A program made the translations under genes and the position numbers. The notes beneath the pieces were generated by a model that did not search any database, was not told the origin of the DNA, and was given only the letters and a program-made list of their open reading frames with translations. Shown here piece after piece: positions 59,241 to 64,000 of a stretch of 64,000 bases of DNA. How positions within the stretch are numbered: position 1 is the first letter of the stretch; every line of letters starts with the position of its first letter. The stretch is from the NCBI GenBank assembly GCA_963810095.1, contig CAWEMM010000006.1, forward strand, positions 1,280,001 through 1,344,000, read 5' to 3'. The stretch is from an uncultured Chloroflexia bacterium. Its GTDB lineage: Bacteria > Chloroflexota > Anaerolineae > CG2-30-64-16.

Positions 59241-60671
59241 TCATGCTCCCCTGGGCCGCACGAAGAGCGTGGTGATCGCGGACAACACGAACATCACCCC
59301 GAACATCCCCATGAGCAGCACGTAGCCCGAGTGGTCGGCGATCGTTCCGCCGATATACGCCCCGATGGCACCGGCCCCGGCCCCGGCCAGGTTCTGCAGG
59401 CCCAGAAACTCCCCCGCGCGCTCCCGGGGGATGATGTCGGTGCCCAGCGCCCACGAAGCGACGTTGAACAGCGCGTAAGCCAGGCCGATCACGCCCGCGG
59501 CCACGTAGAGCAGCGGCAGGCTGCTGGCAAACACCATCAGCGCGACGCCGGCTGCCCCAATCAGGCTGCCCAGCGCGGTCAACAGCCGGCGGTCGAAACG
59601 GTCCGACAGCCAGCCGGCGCCCAGGCCGAAGAGGATGACGAAGCCCCCCAGGATCATCGGCAGCAGCCCCGCCAGCTCGACGGCCGCGTTCGCTCCGAGA
59701 TTGAGCTTCTCCTGGATGAAGTAAAGCAGGAAGACCGCGATGTTGTTGATGGCCACCAGCGCCGCGAGCCGCGAGATGATCCACCAGGTGAAGGCGCGGC
59801 TCTCGCGCACCGACTTGTCCAGGTGCACGGCCAGGCTGGCGAAGATGCCTACCACAACGGCCACGAACATCGCCAGCACGCCAATTAGGCCGAAGGTGAA
59901 GCGTGAAGCATTGCCGAGCAGCGCCACCAGCCACTTCACCACCTGGCCGAGCCCCAGGATGACCAGGACGAAGACCGCGGTCATCAGCAGGAGGCTGGCG
60001 AACGGGCGCCAGTCGAGCGCGCTAACACCGGTTTGCGGCCGCCGCTCACGAACGAGCATCGTCAGCCCGGCACAGGCGGCCATGACTGCGCAGGTGACCG
60101 CGATGGCCGCCGTCAGGTTCCCCTTGGCCACCATTGGCGCCACGACGAGCCCCACCACGGCCAGCGGCAGCGGGATTTCGAGCAGCATCTTGACGCCCGA
60201 GGTGATGCCGCGCTTCGCCTGGGGCACAACATCCGGAATCAGCCCCTGCGTGCCCGCCTGTGACATGTTATTGAAAACCATGGACAGCATGTACGCGCCG
60301 AAGAGGAAGGTGTAGCCCGTCATCCCCTGCAGCCCGGCGATCCGGGCGATGGCCAGGATCACGACGATCTCGACGAGCGTGCCGGCGAGGATGAACGGCC
60401 GCCGGCGCCCCCACCTGAGCCGGGAATGATCGCTGAGCAGGCCGAACATCGCTTGCGCCAGCAGCGCAAGCATCAGGCCCCACAGCCGGATCGTGCCGAA
60501 GTACGACCCCTTCTGGGCCTCGCCCACGAATCCCTGTACCAACAGCGGCACCAGCAGGCCGGCCAGCACCTGCGAGCGCAAGGTCAGGGAGAACCAGTTG
60601 ATGTTGATAGTGAGGTGGTCGTACCAGCGCACGTTCCGTGAAGCGGCGTTTGCTTCCAATGCGACGGCCAT
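59241..60671 (-). CDS. MFS transporter (sugar/GPH-like)
   Basis: GLLSDHSRLRWGRRRPFI, LIPDVVP and GWLSDRFDRR. Confidence 0.9.
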   Translation of the reverse strand: MAVALEANAASRNVRWYDHLTININWFSLTLRSQVLAGLLVPLLVQGFVGEAQKGSYFGTIRLWGLMLALLAQAMFGLLSDHSRLRWGRRRPFILAGTLVEIVVILAIARIAGLQGMTGYTFLFGAYMLSMVFNNMSQAGTQGLIPDVVPQAKRGITSGVKMLLEIPLPLAVVGLVVAPMVAKGNLTAAIAVTCAVMAACAGLTMLVRERRPQTGVSALDWRPFASLLLMTAVFVLVILGLGQVVKWLVALLGNASRFTFGLIGVLAMFVAVVVGIFASLAVHLDKSVRESRAFTWWIISRLAALVAINNIAVFLLYFIQEKLNLGANAAVELAGLLPMILGGFVILFGLGAGWLSDRFDRRLLTALGSLIGAAGVALMVFASSLPLLYVAAGVIGLAYALFNVASWALGTDIIPRERAGEFLGLQNLAGAGAGAIGAYIGGTIADHSGYVLLMGMFGVMFVLSAITTLFVRPRGA

Positions 60672-60690
60672 CGGCTCGCCCCTTTCTGCG

Positions 60691-63211
60691 TTAACGGACC
60701 GGCGATGGCCGGCCCAGCCCCGCGCCGTCCCAGATCCTGTGCGCAGGCGTTGCGATGGAATGGTCTTCGTTAAGCACGAGGTACGGATAGGCAAAGGCTT
60801 CTGCTGCGTGCTGCAGCGCGTCCGGCGGCGCGTCGCCCTGGTACGGCGCGATGAGGAGGCTGAACTCCTGCACCCGCCCGTTGTACGAGGGCGCGTAAGA
60901 CTTGATGTGGTCAGACGCGGAGAAGGTGGTGGCCAACAAGTTCCCGAGCCCGGTGTCCGCAGTCGCGTACCGGTACTGCTTGCCCCAGTAGGTGCCAAAA
61001 GGATTCAGCCGGACGCGCAGCACACCCCCCTGCCGCCGGGTGCGCAGCGGGCAGAAGGCCATCCCACTGGCCGCATCCGCGCTTTGCGCCACCAGCAGGC
61101 CCCGCTCGCCGTCGGAAACGGCCACCCAGGCGTGCGTGATCTGGTTATTCGCGCTGTCCAACTCGTCATTCTCTGAGAAGCGGCCGTAATCCAGGCCGAA
61201 GTTGCTGACGTGGTCGCAGTAGTTGTGTTTCCACACCCGCAGCGCGCCGGCCGAGGGCCGCCCCGAGGGCCGGCGCAATCTCGCACGGCCAGACCTCCTG
61301 CCAGTTGCCGTCCCAGGCTTGCTGCAGTCGCTCGGCCTTCCCCCGGTCGTAGTCCCGGTCGGGCGTGCGGGGATAGACAACGCGCGTCGAAACGTAGATA
61401 AACGGCAGGTCTTGCGCCAGCAGGATTTCACGCTCGAATTCGGCCGTCAGGCCGCCCGGCAGGGCAACCGCGCCTTTCAGCCGCTTCACCCCCACCACGC
61501 CCAACGCCAACGACGCCGTCAGGGTCCAGCGTTCAACCTCGCACTGCTTGTTCCCGTAGGTCAGACCGCTGCGCAGAAAACGGCCCAGCCCCAATTCTGC
61601 CCCGCCAAACGTGATGCCGGCCACCTGCCCCTGTTCGTCGAAACGGACCTGCAGCGCATCATTTTGCAGGAAGCCGCTCCGCACGACGACCGGCACGGCC
61701 GGGTCGGCACTCGCCTCGCCGGGAACCAGCCTATAATCCTTGCGCTCGTTCGGCTCGAAGCGCTCCACAAACAACAGCTCGCGCCGCTCGCCGGTTGTCA
61801 ACACGGCCGAGGCCACCTCCGCTCCGTCGCCGCTCTGGACGAGGGGCCGCTCGGGCGCCGCGCCTCCCAGCGGCAGGCGTACGAGCCCGCGTGAAGGGTG
61901 CGCCCGGTAGGTGACCAGTCCGGTGGAATCCCCGCGCGCATAATCGACCAGGCTGAAGGAAGGGCGATCTTGTGCGCCGGCCGCGTTGTCCAGGCTTGCC
62001 GCGGCCAGCTCGAAAGCCCGGGCCGCCGCATCGACCGCGCACTGCACCAGGTCTCGGCCGATCCCCTCGCGCGTCACGTTCATGACGGGCGCAGCCATCC
62101 CGAAGTGCGTGGTCGACAGGATCTTCAGCCGTGCTTCGAACGATTCGTCGAGCAGCGCCTGCACCGCGGGGGGCGGATCGCCGTCAAGCAGCCGGTGCGT
62201 TTGAAGCTCCAGGATGCGGGCACGTTCGAGCCCGGTCCACAGCCGGTGGTTCGACCACTTCTCGGCCCAGCTCGAGTGCCCGTCGAAGCTCCCGTCCGCG
62301 GTGTCCTGGCCGATCACGATGCTGCCTACCGGCCCGTGCGCGTCAAGATACTCGCCGGGGGTTGCGAACCTTACATAATCCAGGTCCGCGACGTTCTCCA
62401 CCAGCCCCCGCAGCCCGCTTGCGGTCGAGAAGCGCCCCTTGAGCAAGGGCACGTCGAAACCCACCCAGAACTCGTCGTCCGCGTCCATGTCGATCAGCAA
62501 GAGGGCGTCCTGGGGCTTGTGCAGGCCCAGCTGCTGGCGCCGCATCTGCTTCACCCAGCGGCGGAGCGTCAGGTGATCGGCCAGGTCTCCGGTGTTGTAG
62601 CAAGGCAGCAGGGTCATGGTTTCGGCGATGCCGGGGTAGGTCAGCGTGAGCGGATTGTAGCGCTCGACAAACGTCAGGGGCCGCACGAAGTTGCTGAACC
62701 CGTTGAAGGGGAGGGCCGAGTAGTAGAGGCTGATCGTGTCGATGCCGCACGCAGGGTACAGCTTGAGGTGGATCGGGGTGTAAAGCATCTCCTGCGGCCT
62801 GACGACCGGCCGGAACCCCCCGCCGAACAGGTCGGCCAGCCCCGAGCCCTGCGAGTTGGTCACGCCCCGCCGGATCGCCGCCTCGAATTCCCTGGCCGTG
62901 TGTGCGTCGATCAGCCCGTTGTTATAGGACATCAGGTGCATTTCGTCGCCCGCGCCGCTCACCCGCCGCTGCAGCCCCCTGATGAGATCGGGGCAGTGGA
63001 CCGGCATGATGGTTTCCAGCGAGAAGAAATTCTCGAAGTCCCACGTCGCCCGCACAGGCACGCCCTCCGCGTTCAGCGCGTCGAGCGTCTGGATCAGGTG
63101 ACGGATGATGCGGATGTCCTTGCCGAAGCCGAGTTCGTCGGGGGTGTCGCCCCGGTAGGAATGATAGAAGCTGCCGTGGAAACGGAAGGCGAGGTAGATG
63201 TGAGGGGTCAA
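60691..63211 (-). CDS. Large glycoside hydrolase/deacetylase-fold protein, GH38/GH57-like (frameshifts near 61250)
   Basis: N-terminal FRFHGSFYHS, RPQEM, DMDADDEFW and STTHFG, followed by beta-rich domains; family assignment from resemblance only. Confidence 0.55.
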
Positions 63212-63345
63212 CGCGTTTGCCTTTCGCCTGGGCTGGAGCGGCAAGGTTCCCTTGCCCTGCAGCCCGCTGAGTTAGTTCCACCCCGCGAGCTAGTTATTCT
63301 CGCACATCGCACTCCATCTCAATCAGACCCAATCCCCACCCACGC

Positions 63346-64000
63346 TCAATCCCCACCCACTTCAAACTCAAAACGCCGCTTAAAACGACGCAGCACCCGC
63401 AAAATCGGAGCGCCGAACAGCAGGATCAGCGCCGCATTCCCAATCGCACGCGCGGCATCCCACCAGGCGGACGTGACCAGGTAGAACACGGCGTAGTTGC
63501 GCAGTACCTGCGCCGGCCCCATTCCCGGCGCATATGCACCGCCGGCCGCCTGGCTGGCGTCGCCCTGAACGAAGGGCCAGAACCAGATATTCATGATGGC
63601 GCCGAAGATCAGGCCCAAGACGGCCCCCCAGGCGGCTAGCATCACCGGCTCCCGACGCCGGTGATTCGGGAACTGCGGGAGAAATGCCGACAGCATCCCC
63701 ATCCAGCCGGTCGCAAACATCTGGTAGGGCAGCCACGGACCGATCCCGCCGCCGATCAGTGCCGACACCAGCAGCGAGAGTGATCCCAGAAGAAAACCAA
63801 AGGTAGGACCATAAGCATACCCTGTAAGAATCGGAAGTACAAAGATCGCGTTGAAGCCTGCAGGGCCCGGGACAGCTCGGAGCACGGCGTTCACTGCCAC
63901 CAGCACGCCCAGCACCGCGACCAGCTTGCTGGTCATCTGCCGGCCCGTGAGGTTGGCAAATACGGCGCTGAGGCACAGGCCGAGCAGCATGACGGTGAGC
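63346..64000 (-). CDS. ECF transporter S component (CbrT-like), 5'-truncated by window edge
   Basis: LVAVNAVLR, ILTGYAYGPTFGFLLG, GGIGPWLPYQM and WDAARAIGN. Confidence 0.8.
   Translation of the reverse strand, partial: LTVMLLGLCLSAVFANLTGRQMTSKLVAVLGVLVAVNAVLRAVPGPAGFNAIFVLPILTGYAYGPTFGFLLGSLSLLVSALIGGGIGPWLPYQMFATGWMGMLSAFLPQFPNHRRREPVMLAAWGAVLGLIFGAIMNIWFWPFVQGDASQAAGGAYAPGMGPAQVLRNYAVFYLVTSAWWDAARAIGNAALILLFGAPILRVLRRFKRRFEFEVGGD

Noticed and set aside
2494-63211. Dozens of frameshifts suggesting mass pseudogenisation or programmed frameshifting
   Set aside because: Breaks are small indels, often at homopolymers or GC-rich runs. Catalytic motifs are intact on both sides and there is no accumulation of in-frame stops, which fits long-read assembly error. 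Read polishing is needed to exclude real lesions.
63330-63360. 14-bp direct repeat caatccccacccac at the ECF gene stop
   Set aside because: Only two copies 3 bp apart with no element between them; likely a local duplication, not an att site or target-site duplication.
1-64000. rRNA, tRNA, transposase, integrase or prophage genes
   Set aside because: None recognised; intergenic spaces are short and explained by repeats, promoters and terminators.

Overview
High-GC bacterial DNA, most consistent with a Chloroflexota (Anaerolineae-like) genome. That assignment is inferred from gene content and not proven. Many genes are split by single-base frameshifts, which look like long-read indel errors, so CDS boundaries were stitched by eye across frames. 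Content from left to right: (1) 1-14.5 kb, a selenium-dependent molybdenum hydroxylase locus (ygfK, ssnA, XDH-type FAD/FeS and Mo subunits, yqeC-mocA fusion) with a hydrolase, methyltransferases and a GGT-family enzyme. (2) 16.7-30.3 kb, an 11-gene minus-strand heptose/glycosyltransferase cluster (four GT9, GT2, two GT4-like with one fused to GmhA, HldE, GmhB, SDR, a small unknown protein) beside a CdaR-type regulator with three phased candidate operators. (3) 30.4-41.5 kb, housekeeping genes (priA, amrB, rhomboid, gmk, darA, tmk, ycf45-like ATPase, csp). (4) 41.7-45.7 kb, cooC, two CarH/LitR-type B12 photoreceptors and a CRP, with matching promoters and 11-bp-phased TnnACA repeats. (5) 46-57 kb, a P-type ATPase, a cobalamin-binding enzyme paired with an opine dehydrogenase, a tandem DarA fusion with an internal Shine-Dalgarno site, GNAT, MFS and CbiX. 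(6) 57-64 kb, selD with an in-frame UGA (Sec) and SECIS, a PDZ-less HtrA, MFS, a GH38/57-like protein and an ECF S component. At least five families of short palindromic dispersed repeats occur, three copies lying inside coding sequence. No rRNA, tRNA, CRISPR array or transposase was seen. The best candidates for an undescribed system are the heptose/GT9 cluster and the B12-enzyme plus opine dehydrogenase pair.
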